A stretch of DNA of 64,000 nt, taken from positions 18,166,001 through 18,230,000 of the forward strand of contig JAQFVV010000005.1 in the NCBI GenBank assembly GCA_028023455.1, in the 5' to 3' direction. Origin of the DNA: Epiperipatus broadwayi (Eukaryota > Animalia > Onychophora). The number at the start of each line of letters is the position of its first letter. The stretch's first letter is position 1. Under the pieces are notes generated by a model that was not told where the DNA came from, searched no databases, and worked only from the letters and a program-made list of their open reading frames with translations. Both the position numbers and the translations under genes were made by a program. Shown here one piece after another: positions 27,766 through 39,935 of the stretch.

Positions 27766-29846
27766 TGTAACGATATATAAATATGTCGTTACATTAATTT
27801 AAAATAAAAACTTAATAAAAGTTCGCAAATAAAAGTAAAAAACTAAACGCTAAAATTAAAATATTGTTAAACGTATATATTCGCACAGATGCTAAACTTT
27901 AAAAATATTTTTTTCATAAACAAAAAAAAAAAGTATTTGAACGTATTTTTTTTTAATAAAAAAATACAAGGTTGAAATATAAAAATATTTTAATAAAAAA
28001 ATAACGTAAGTTAAAATAAAAACAGGTATTAATTAATTCCTGTAATCTGTAAATGGAAATGATTGTTTATTAATTATCTAAAAGCTGTTTAATTAAAAAG
28101 TCAGATGAAAAGTTAGATAAGAAAAGAAAGAGATTTTAGCTTGACCAATGGAAGCAAATAAAGGCCCGGACCATAACGAAAAAACAGAACAGTGACGTTT
28201 TTGTTCATGGAATCCATAGGAGGACTATAAAAAGAAAAAATATTGAGTTCCAGTCAGTTTTTCCAACTTGATTTTGGTGAGTCTGGCGACAAGACGCACT
28301 TGTCGTCCTCACTCACTTATTTTAAAAATGCAAAGACTGTGATACCAGAACAGAACCAGCTAATGCTACCTCCAAAATATCAGACCGGTCTTCCAGGAAA
28401 GTCTCCGTGGGAATTGCCAATGGGAACAGGGACTCTTCTACCGTAAGCAATAGAACTGAACAATTGTTAAAATCATAATATTAATTAAGAACTTTAAAGA
28501 TTGATAAGTTAATTTAAATTTTATAAAAAGAACTTTTCTCTGACTTATGTGTCAACTCAATTGATAATGTGTAATTTTATATATGTTTGCATTTGATAAA
28601 AAAATCATTTCCATTTATTATTTATTTGTATTAATATTTATTGTTTAAATTTTAAATGAGGAAATTTAAGGGTGGGTATAGACGTTGCATAGATTCGTTA
28701 GCGGTTGATGATGTTGTGGTTTTCACATTCGATTAGAATATATGTCAACGATATCACTGCAAGCATCTTACGATGAATGCTAATGGGATTTGTATATTCC
28801 CTATGCAAGTGACGTTTATCGATGACTTTGTATTTTGATCGGTTGTGTTTAATTTGGAATGTTTTTGACCGTGGAATCTGTGCAGCTGATCTGTACTCAA
28901 CATGTTAAAACAAATTTTATAAAATTCATTTGTGCGAACGTATTTAAATGTTAAATTTAAGTCGGGCGTGAATGGCTATATAGATTTGTAAAGTTATATT
29001 AGGGGAGGGTAATCTTGGGTTATTTGTGTCGTTGTTGAAGTGGGTCAATGGATTGGATATATTTGTGTAATGAGTAGATGTAGTATGAGTTTCGCTACGT
29101 GCAGAATCGCTGTATACACCGCACCAACCCTTTGCCTATGGATGGGATTGTAAGTCGGCAAAAAGGATCGCGGTCCCTTCCTATGGAGTTTTTATTTTAT
29201 TGTTCTTCTTGCTATACAGACATCATATTCCTGTATTGGACAAGAGTCAATGTTTTCTCTAACTATACTGTTCAGATGTCCTTTCCTGACAGTATAGTAT
29301 ATTTGTGCTGTTGTATTTTCATGCTACATTGAATACATAAATGTATCAGATGGATTGATGCCAGTTTGACTGCGAATTTTAGCCTAAGGTTAAATAGGGA
29401 TATAATGTTTTATTTTCAGATGCAAATCTATGTAGTCTATTCATACTTGACCATCTAAATAAATATTAAACTCATTGAAATTTATGTAAATGTACAATTA
29501 AAGAGTAATCTAAAAATCTAAAAAAAATGTTAAACCTATTCCTCAAAATTTAAATGTTATTTTATATGTGCGTAAATAAATATTTTTATGTGTTAATTTC
29601 TGGCAGTGGCTTTTATTCTTTTATATTTAAGATATAAAATTTATAGATTTTTATCTCTGCGTCTCCGCTGAGCTAGTGACTTGGGCTAACGATCGGAATA
29701 TTTAAATAAAGTGGAATCTTAACAGCGCGTATCTGCCTACTTTATAAATTTTTCTAGGCTCAAATGCCTAGATGGCGCTCTGGTAGTTGCAGATATTGTT
29801 TTTGCGGTTAGATTCGATCTCCACTTACATTTCGATCATTATAATT
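27766..29846 (+). mobile_element. 2.08-kb LTR-like unit, copy 1
   Basis: Near-identical reverse complement of 31251-33330. Starts TGTAAC after (TA)n; TATAAAAAG at about 28226 followed about 28 nt later by an Inr-like TCAGTT; ends CATTATAATT. Confidence 0.7.
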
Positions 29847-30552
29847 TTTAACAATTGTTCAGTTCTATTGCTTACGGTAGAAGAGTCCCTGTTCCCGTTG
29901 GCAATTCCCATGGAGACTTTCCTGGAAGACCGGTCTGATATTTTGGAGGTGGCATTAGCTGGTTCTGTTTTGGTATCACAGTCTTTGCATTTTTAAAATA
30001 AGTGAGTGAGGATGACAAGTGCGTCTTGTCGCCAGACTCACCAAAATCAAGTTGGAAAAACTGACTGGAACTCAATATTTTTTCTTTTTATAGTCCTCCT
30101 ATGGATTCCATGAACAAAAACGTCACTGTTCTGTTTTTTCATTATGGTCCGGGCCTTTATTTGCTTCCATTGGTCAAGCTAAAATCTCTTTCTTTTCTTA
30201 TCTAACTTTTCATCTGACTTTTTAATTAAACAGCTTTTAGATAATTAATAAACAATCATTTCCATTTTCAGATTACAGGAATTAATTAATACCTGTTTTT
30301 ATTTTAACTTACGTTATTTTTTTATTAAAATATTTTTATATTTCAACCTTGTATTTTTTTATTAAAAAAAAATACGTTCAAATACTTTTTTTTTTTGTTT
30401 ATGAAAAAAATATTTTTAAAGTTTAGCATCTGTGCGAATATATACGTTTAACAATATTTTAATTTTAGCGTTTAGTTTTTTACTTTTATTTGCGAACTTT
30501 TATTAAGTTTTTATTTTAAATTAATGTAACGACATATTTATATATCGTTACA
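29847..30552 (-). mobile_element. Partial (about 700 bp) inverted copy of the 5' part of the LTR-like unit
   Basis: Reverse complement of 27766-28472 with several private substitutions; ends GTTACA. Confidence 0.9.
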
Positions 30553-31233
30553 TATCAGTAAACTTCCTCAAAAAACAAAAAACATTAAAAAAAAAAAAAG
30601 AATTTACTTAGTGTTAGTAATTACGTTACACAAATTGATTATATATGAAAATTTCAAAAGGACAAAACTTTTTTTTTTTACAAGACAAAAACAGTAATTA
30701 CACACAAATATAATGATTACAAAAAAAAAAGTTGACTGTTGATTCCTTATTACCAGCTAAATTTCTGCCCCCTCCCTTCCAAGTTTCATTTCTCCTACCT
30801 TTAACTATTACTTAGGCAAGTTGAACGATTAGATTTTAATTTAACAGGACTTTTTCAAAAAAAAAAAAATTATGATTTATATTTATTATTACGTTTTATT
30901 CCTCGCATTTATTTTTACATATGCGCAATTTTTCTTACTGGCAGCACTTTTTAAACAAAATTTCAAACTGTAACTCCACGTCAATACAACAAATATATTT
31001 ATACAAATTTCAAAAAATATTACGAGCATGATTCACTTTTTCAAAAGTATTAGTGGTTTATTAAACATCTGGCTATAACTTTACGTTAGTACAAAAATGT
31101 ACTTATTTCAGAAAAAACAACAAATGTTATTTGCATGATTCACTTTTAAAATTCTCAGGGCACTCGTGTTTATTAAAGATTGGAAATTTCATCATCATCA
31201 ATTCCCCTTCTCAGGGTCAATCTCTGAGGTAAG

Positions 31234-31251
31234 GCCCCACATTGGGCGCCA
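31234..31251 (-). promoter_or_regulatory. tRNA-Lys primer-binding site
   Basis: Minus strand reads TGGCGCCCAATGTGGGGC, a 17/18 match to the canonical tRNA-Lys(CUU) PBS TGGCGCCCAACGTGGGGC, directly after the end of copy 2. Confidence 0.85.
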
Positions 31252-33330
31252 ATTATAATGATCAAAATGTAAGCAGAGATCGAATCTAACCGCAAAAACA
31301 ATATCTGCAACTACCAGAGCGCCATCTAGGCATTTGAGCCTAGAAAAATTTATAAAGTAGGCAGATACGCACTGTTAAGATTCCACTTTATTTAAATATT
31401 CCGATCGTTAGCCCAAGTCACTAGCTCAGCGGAGACGCAGAGATAAAAATCTATAAATTTTATATCTTAAATATAAAAGAATAAAAGCCACTGCCAGAAA
31501 TTAACACATAAAAATATTTATTTACGCACATATAAAATAACATTTAAATTTTGAGGAATAGGTTTAACATTTTTTTTAGATTTTTAGATTACTCTTTAAT
31601 TGTACATTTACATAAATTTCAATGAGTTTAATATTTATTTAGATGGTCAAGTATGAATAGACTACATAGATTTGCATCTGAAAATAAAACATTATATCCC
31701 TATTTAACCTTAGGCTAAAATTCGCAGTCAAACTGGCATCAATCCATCTGATACATTTATGTATTCAATGTAGCATGAAAATACAACAGCACAAATATAC
31801 TATACTGTCAGGAAAGGACATCTGAACAGTATAGTTAGAGAAAACATTGACTCTTGTCCAATACAGGAATATGACGTCTGTATAGCAAGAAGAACAATAA
31901 AATAAAAACTCCATAGGAAGGGACCGCGATCCTTTTTGCCGACTTACAATCCCATCCATAGGCAAAGGGTTGGTGCGGTGTATACAGCGATTCTGCATGT
32001 AGCGAAACTCATACTACATCTACTCATTACACAAATATATCCAATCCATTGACCCACTTCAACAACGACACAAATAACCCAAGATTACCCTCCCCTAATA
32101 TAACTTTACAAATCTATATAGCCATTCACGCCCGACTTAAATTTAACATTTAAATACGTTCACACAAATGAATTTTATAAAATTTGTTTTAACATGTTGA
32201 GTACAGATCAGCTGCACAGATTCCACGGTCAAAAACATTCCAAATTAAACACAACCAATCAAAATACAAAGTCATTGATAAACATCACTTGCATAGGGAA
32301 TATACAAATCCCATTAGCATTCATTGTAAGATGCTTGCAGTGATATCGTTGACATATATTCTAATCGAATGTGAAAACCACAACATCATCAACCGCTAAC
32401 GAATCTATGCAACATCTATACCCACCCTTAAATTTCCTCATTTAAAATTTAAACAATAAATATTAATACAAATAAATAATAAATGGAAATGATTTTTTTA
32501 TCAAATGCAAACATATATAAAATTACACATTATCGATTGAGTTGACACATAAGTCAGAGAAAAGTTCTTTTTATAAAATTTAAATTAACTTATCAATCTT
32601 TAAAGTTCTTAATTAATATTATGATTTTAACAATTGTTCAGTTCTATTGCTTACAGTAGAAGAGTCCCTGTTCCCATTGGCAATTCCCACGGAGACTTTC
32701 CTGGAAGACCGGTCTGATATTTTGGAGGTAGCATTAGCTGGTTCTGTTCTGGTATCACAGTCTTTGCATTTTTAAAATAAGTGAGTGAGGACGACAAGTG
32801 CGTCTTGTCGCCAGACTCACCAAAATCAAGTTGGAAAAACTGACTGGAACTCAATATTTTTTCTTTTTATAGTCCTCCTATGGATTCCATGAACAAAAAC
32901 GTCACTGTTCTGTTTTTTCGTTATGGTCCGGGCCTTTATTTGCTTCCATTGGTCAAGCTAAAATCTCTTTCTTTTCTTATCTAACTTTTCATCTGACTTT
33001 TTAATTAAACAGCTTTTAGATAATTAATAAACAATCATTTCCATTTACAGATTACAGGAATTAATTAATACCTGTTTTTATTTTAACTTACGTTATTTTT
33101 TTATTAAAATATTTTTATATTTCAACCTTGTATTTTTTTATTAAAAAAAATACGTTCAAATACTTTTTTTTTTTGTTTATGAAAAAAATATTTTTAAAGT
33201 TTAGCATCTGTGCGAATATATACGTTTAACAATATTTTAATTTTAGCGTTTAGTTTTTTACTTTTATTTGCGAACTTTTATTAAGTTTTTATTTTAAATT
33301 AATGTAACGACATATTTATATATCGTTACA
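31251..33330 (-). mobile_element. 2.08-kb LTR-like unit, copy 2 (followed by the PBS)
   Basis: Inverted near-identical copy of 27766-29846, with (TA)n at its outer end. Confidence 0.75.
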
Positions 33331-35305
33331 ATATATATATATATCACATCCTTTTCCCACAATTTCACTCATTCATTGCTATGATAGCAACACAAAGATA
33401 TTGAAAGCATGCTTAGCTAATTAAATTAAAAGTTTTCACTGTTAAGTTTTTCTTCTTTTGCATCCCAAGTCCTTAATATACCTATTACAGTTGTTTTAAG
33501 AAAAGTAAAAAAAAACATAATACAGAATTAGATTTCAGTTGCATTATCTTACATGCATACATATTTTAAATGTGTATTTGCATAATACACACATAACACA
33601 GTTTACACATGCATATTTGTACATAAGGGATTTTTTTAAATTACTATTTATACTAAGCTGTTTGTTAATACAATATTTAAATTTATGAACTAATTTTTAT
33701 CCATAGAAATGAGCTAAATTTTTTCCCATAGAAAACCATAATAATTACTTGTTTTTTATACAATATTCTTGATTTATAATGAGTTTTGGAAAACCAATTG
33801 TTCTCAGTATAGTGGGTTCAAGATGTATATAATTTGTTCATTGACAGTCCATTATTTTGTTTCTTATCTAATGAGAGAATATTTGCAAGTTCACACAATT
33901 CATTAAATCAAAATAAAGCATGAAAAAAAGAAAGAAATTAAGTACAACACACATTTTAAAAAAATTGATTAACCACAATATACATTTTCAAATTTATTTT
34001 TGATGCTCTTTATATTCTATCATCAAGGTTTTTCATTTTTGTAATCTCTAACCAATAAAACTGATTTTTTGTACTACAGTTATTTTTTAAAAATAATACT
34101 TTGATAATTGTATTTGTTTTACGTAATGCAGTGAAACTAAATAAAAATTTGGTAAAGAGATATAATATACAGTTGATTGCTGAAGTTTTAAAAATCTAAA
34201 TGATTAAATCTTTTTTCTTTTGCTGAACTATAAAGGTGTATTTTTTAATATCCACCATTATCTTGAATATTAAAAACAAATCACAAGATTTTTGATTGAA
34301 AATTGAGCAAATAGATAATATTTTTAATTTATTTTGGTTATTTTTGAAAGTTGATTATTAATGGTATAATGCACAAAATCATTTTTTTGTTTTTTTTTTC
34401 TCTCAAAATAATTAGTTATAATAACTATATTTTACAATTATGATTAACATATTTTTTGGCATAAGCAAAATAATTTTTCATAAGAATTTTAATCCATAAT
34501 ATTGACTGAATGAATATATTTTACCTAATAGACACATTTTAAATGTTAATATTAATACATTATGTAGTTACACATGATTAAAATTTGTTTTTGATTCCTT
34601 ATTGTACTGAATGAAACTGGCATTCTTTTGCTTTTGTAATCATTAATGATAAATTTTTTTTTACTTTACATATGATAAAAATAAAACCATTGATAACTTG
34701 CATGGACACTGAATGAAAATCAGATAAAATACATTAATTGTAATTTTATAACAAAAACATAATACTGAATATTTTACAATGAATAAACTCTGTACTATAC
34801 ATTTTTAGTGTCAAGAACACCATTTTATTTTTAGATTATGTAGCTTTACTGAAGTTACTATCCTATGATATCATCCATATTACACAATGGCTGCCATTTT
34901 GAAAAATGGTGGACATATTTTTAAAAACAATGTTTTAAAATTGTTTTTGGTGCATAATTGATTGTAAATCAAAATAGTGAGTACCAATTGATTCTGATCA
35001 CTATGGCAAATCTTTGCATAATGATTTGTTTCTGAGATAAAGATTTACATATAAAATGCCAATAGAGATGATATAATATATTTATGTAATATATTTAAAT
35101 GAATAAGTATTAGATAAGACAATCTTTAGATATTCCACATGAGGGGACAGTCTTATCCAATATTGTACTTTAGAAGGCAGTGACGTAGATGGCAGTACTA
35201 CCTCAGGCTTGGCAATTACTGAATGAGTGATAGTTGTGAACAATTTTTAACCTTATTTTCCTCTCTAGCTAATGTTAAAAGTTCTTTAAAACAATACTAA
35301 GTAAT

Positions 35306-35599
35306 TAAGTAATATTTACTGAGGCTATAATCTTGAGAATATATGTGTAAAATGCGATAGTAGGGACCTCTACAGGTGTTTTAACCACAAGCTTATGTTA
35401 TGGAAGAAAAGAGGGGAACCCTTCTTTACTTCAACCTACTTCAGCTTCACCTATTTAAATAGAAAGTAGGTTGAAGTAAAGAAGGGTTCCCCTCTTTTCT
35501 TCCATAATGTAAGCTTGTAGTTAAAACACCTGTAGAAGTCCCTACTATCGCATTTTACATGCATATTCTCGAGGTTATAGCCTCAGTAAATATTACTTA
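35306..35599. repeat. Family F1 fold-back, arms about 135 bp
   Basis: taagtaatatttactgagg...caacctactt and its reverse complement; the right arm continues into further F1 sequence (acgtaatcaatgtg...). Confidence 0.9.
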
Positions 35600-36449
35600 C
35601 GTAATCAATGTGTGTTTAGTAAATTTATAATTACAACTAAGTAATTAACTAAGTTGACAATTGTGTGGCCACTTAAAAAGAAATCCCAAGCCTGCTAAAA
35701 AAAATTTGAGTTTACTTCACCCATATTCAAACTCAGATAATAGATATTGCAGGCAGATGATTATATCATGAAACCTTTTAATTTCAAATTAAGCATGCAA
35801 TACAGGTAAAACATTTATTAATCTTATATATGTTTCCAAGACTTTTTTCTACTTAAATAGCTATTTAAATATAAGCATTTTGAAATTCACTATATACATA
35901 TATCTGGGAATTAAAACACACTAGGAACTGATAATCATTCTTTACTCAAATTTACAATAGATGATATACATATGGTATAAAGATTCAAGTGAAATTGTGT
36001 TGATAGTAACATTTCTGGCCAGAGTAAAAAGATGTCTACAGTTAAAAAAAAATTAAAATAACTAAAATGTACAATTATTTTTCCAGGATCAGATCTATAT
36101 AACTATTCAAGAAATTGATTTTAAATCAAAAACCTTAGGATTTTTTTATAATTTCACGCTTTTAGTTTTATAGTGAAAAAGAAGTTAAAGGATATTGCTA
36201 AGTTCATAATTGCATTGGTTTTAGTTGTGGATTCCAAGCATAGGTGTAGGATGGAGAACAAATCCATTATCATCTAATAATAACTGATTACACAAAACAT
36301 ACAAAAATAATACTAAAGCTGCTCATTCACATTTTATATGTAAGGCATATAAAAAATAAGTTTTAAAATATTTGATCCAAAACAATGGCCCATTTAGTTT
36401 CCTTCTACAGAAGAAGGATCAAAGAAAAAGCAATTATCATAACACAAAG

Positions 36450-36680
36450 TAAACAAGGCAAACTCTCCATATAGTAGTGCCACCTTGTGCCAACAAGAGT
36501 AATCAATGGATGCCAGAAGGCTTGTGCATAAAATCCCTATCTATTTTATGCACAAGCCTTCTGGCATCCATTGATTACTCTTGTTGTCACAGGGTGACAC
36601 TACTGTGTGGAGAGTTTGCCTTGTTTATGAACAATTATGTGCTAGTATAAGAGATGGTGATCATGTGATGCTTAATGGTT
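36450..36680. mobile_element. Family F3-related fold-back lacking the hammerhead part
   Basis: Palindrome 36450-36626 (aaacaaggcaaactctcc...gcataaaat with its reverse complement) shares ttatgcacaagccttctggcatccattgattactc with F3. Confidence 0.85.
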
Positions 36681-37232
36681 TAAAACACAAAGTAATGGTG
36701 TTTTGTGTTTTCTTATTAGTTTTACTTTCTATTTAAGAACAGTAACATGAAAGCTTATTAGACTGACAATGTACAGGAAATCAGAAAAAAATTATAAGTC
36801 AGAACTTTTTTTTTTAATTTCACCTGATCTTGATTTGAAACCAGGGTCAATGACATGGTAAGCACTGTGCCATGAAGTCCTCAAAAGATGTAAAGACAAT
36901 AAAAAAAAGCAAATTTATTACATAAAGATCTTGTAGTAGAGAAATGAAAATATACGTACAAAAATTTTTCTTTCTTTTATAGTCAGAACTCAAATGTTTC
37001 CATGTAGAAAGCTCTGAGGAAGTCTGATGTACTATGAGGATTGCAAAATTTAATAAAAATATTGTACTCATTGTGAGGTTCCTATTATTTAATTCTATAA
37101 AATCATTCAGGGTATCTGACACAAATCTCAGAAAATCTTTCAAAAATGATGTTGAGCATATGACTTTTAAAAAGGTTTAAATTATTAATGTTTTATTAAC
37201 TGTAGAATATCAGGGTTCAGAAGTATAGAACT

Positions 37233-37590
37233 TAAAACAGGCAAAACTCACTGTATGTATTGCCACACACAGAAAGCCAGAGTAACCAATGGATGCCAGA
37301 AGGCTTGTGCATAAAATCCCCATCTAGTGCTTACTCATCCAATATCCCCAGACTAGTTTCTGGCTTGTGGCCTTCGTCAGATCCAAGGCTCCTCACTGAC
37401 GAAGGCCACAGGCCAGAAACTAGTCCAGGGATATTGGACGAGTAGGCACTAGATGGGGATTTTATGCACAAGCCTTCTGAAATCCATTGATTACTCTAGC
37501 TTGTTGTGTGTGGCAATACATATAGTGAGTTTTGTCTGTTTTAATAAGTTAAAAGCAAGCATAAGTAATGGTGATCATGTGATGTTTATT
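37233..37590. mobile_element. Family F3 fold-back with a hammerhead core in each arm
   Basis: Arms 37233-37380 and 37381-37545 are reverse complements; cores lie at 37345-37380 (minus) and 37390-37431 (plus). Confidence 0.85.
37390..37431 (+). ncRNA. Minimal type I hammerhead ribozyme motif (F3)
   Basis: tcctca CTGACGA aggccacaggcca GAAA ctaGTC caggga: conserved core, GGCC/GGCC stem II, palindromic ACTAGT stem III and GUC triplet. Stem I is mismatched in this copy but intact (tcctca/tgggga) at 14650. Confidence 0.6.
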
Positions 37591-39849
37591 GGCTTAAGTA
37601 TAGAACTTCTTAACTTTTCAATATTAATTCTTTCAAGAATAATAATTAAAGATTAAAAAAAACCCTCTCAGGAATAAATTGTGTCCAGAAATAATACTTA
37701 TTTAAAAAAATTGAGGGGGACTATAAAGGATTGTACATAAATATGTAAAACAGCAGCAGAACAACTACTAGCAGAAATACATCTGGTCACTCTTGTATTA
37801 ACCAAAACAATCTATCACTTGCGACTAAGTTATCTTAAAAATCACAGGTTCTAACCTAAATGCTAATAATGGTGATATTATAAGCATAATAATTAGACAA
37901 TAGTTAGAGCTATCCAGAATCATGTTAATGGCTGGATAAATGATCCAGTGATTTTCTCAATCACTGGAAGCATTATGGATTGGTATTCATCAAAAGAATT
38001 CTATAATTCAGACTAACTTATAACAACTGTAAAAATAATAATGAAATCATTGTATTTTGGGAAGCTATGTGTAAGTTGTTATTTTGGGCTCACCATTAAT
38101 TTGCACCATCTAAAATGTTTTGGAATAATGGTAGAGTGATGAGTCAAGAGTTGCATTAGATCAAATCTCAATTCATCACTTTGATACTTAAATATCACAT
38201 GACTTCCTATTCTCAATGATACATCAAAGCTGCAGTCTATTTTGAATGTCAGACTCATTTTGTGGAGCATTTGTCAACTGTGAGATGACAATAATTCAAC
38301 ATATACAGCCCATATTTTAATATTTGAGAAATGTGATAGTGTTTGTCCATTGCCTTCCTAACTACTTGATTTAAATACTATTAGGTTGTTCTGCAATAAG
38401 TGAAAGATTGATAACATTAGCATAAACATCTCTCAGAGAACATGAATCTTGTTTCATGAGCAATATTCTTTCACACTCAATTCAAATTGTTTGTGCAAGG
38501 AATTTTTGATATATATAGCAGTCACACATTAAATTAATCAAGTGCTTCATGGATTCAATATTTTATTTTATTACTATGCAATACTATGCAAGCTTTTCAG
38601 ACTTTACAAATTTTTCATACAAATTATTTCACTTTGCAGATATGTCTTAATACAATTTCTTTTATCTATTTTGGAGAATCGCCTAAGCAATAAAATAATC
38701 AAATGATCAGTCATTCAGGAGGTCAGATGAAATTCAAAAACTGGAAGTAATAGATTGAATCATGTACACCACAATACTATTATATTAAACCAAATTACCC
38801 CAAGGCAATTTTAAAACTGTCTAAATATTTATAGAAATTTTAAATATGTATGTAGGCATGCTCACACACAGAGCTTTCATGTGTGGGCACAGTGACACTT
38901 TATCATGGGGACAACAAGATGCCAAGATAATTAATAAAATCTATACATAAATAAAAATGTTTCCATTTTCAAATCATTTCATTGTTAGAAATATGTTGTG
39001 AGTGTAAATACTTTTTATTTAAATATGAGTGGAATACTTCTTTACTTAGACTTATTGTGACAATTGTTCAAGCCTAGAAATATACTACATAATACTCTAT
39101 CATTGAGTTAAACCAAAGAGGCAGATGCTCTTTTGTCACTATAATTAATAAAATTCATATGTAAATAAAAATGTTTAGATTTCCCAATCACTTTTATTTA
39201 AAGATCCTAATTTGTATGAAAAGTAATAGTTTATTTAAAAATAAAACTTGTTTTTAAAACGGTACAGTAATTCTATATGTGATGAAATTAGCTTTATCAA
39301 TGGTATTCCACAGAGTTCATGAGTCTTATTCAGTTTAGAGTAGAGGTGGAATGGCAGGTTCTGAAATGTAGGATCTTAGGATTGATTCTGCAGCTGACAA
39401 GTGCAAAATATTTTTAATAACAATATTATTATTTTTTATTATGCTGTATTATCTTTTTACATCTTTTACTAAATAGCTTTTCCTATTTTTAATAATGATA
39501 TCTTTTTTTATGTTGTATTATCTTTTTACATGTTTTACTAAACAGCTTTTCCTTGGATATGGACTCAGGTTTGTTCTCTAACTAAAAACTCATCATTGAC
39601 CCATAATCAAGACTATGGACCAAATCTAAGGAAAACAGAATAAGAAAAAAAAACATCATTTTTAATAAAATGTTATTTGCACGTTAACATATTTAATTCT
39701 TAACAAATTTCATGATAATGGTATTATTTAATGCAATTCTCTTGATTATTAAAAAAACTCTACATAGTTGTACTATATTAAAGTCTTAAAAATGTTTCTA
39801 GTGAAACAAACCAAGTATTAGACTTTTTATTTTTTATAGATTTTTTTTA

Positions 39850-39935
39850 ATGTGTCAAAGCATCAGCTGGGAAGTGAACCTGGGACAACTGCTTCTAGGG
39901 CAGCGGTACTAACTACTCAGCCACCAATGTCTGAC
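39850..39935 (-). repeat. tRNA-Gly-derived short repeat
   Basis: Minus strand reads cattggtggctgagtagttagtaccgctgccctagaagcagttgtcccaggttcacttcccagctgatgctttgacac, with the same tail as the 12194 copy. Confidence 0.6.

Noticed and set aside
28243-29332. Repeated ORFs MSSSQFFQ... and MQNRCIHR... (also at 29872, 31765 and 32651)
   Set aside because: They recur only because the repeat unit is duplicated; no recognisable domain, and conservation reflects the young age of the copies.
27766-33330. Assembly artefact as the explanation of the large inverted repeat
   Set aside because: Copies differ by independent CpG-type substitutions and have distinct junctions, although long-read confirmation is still advisable.
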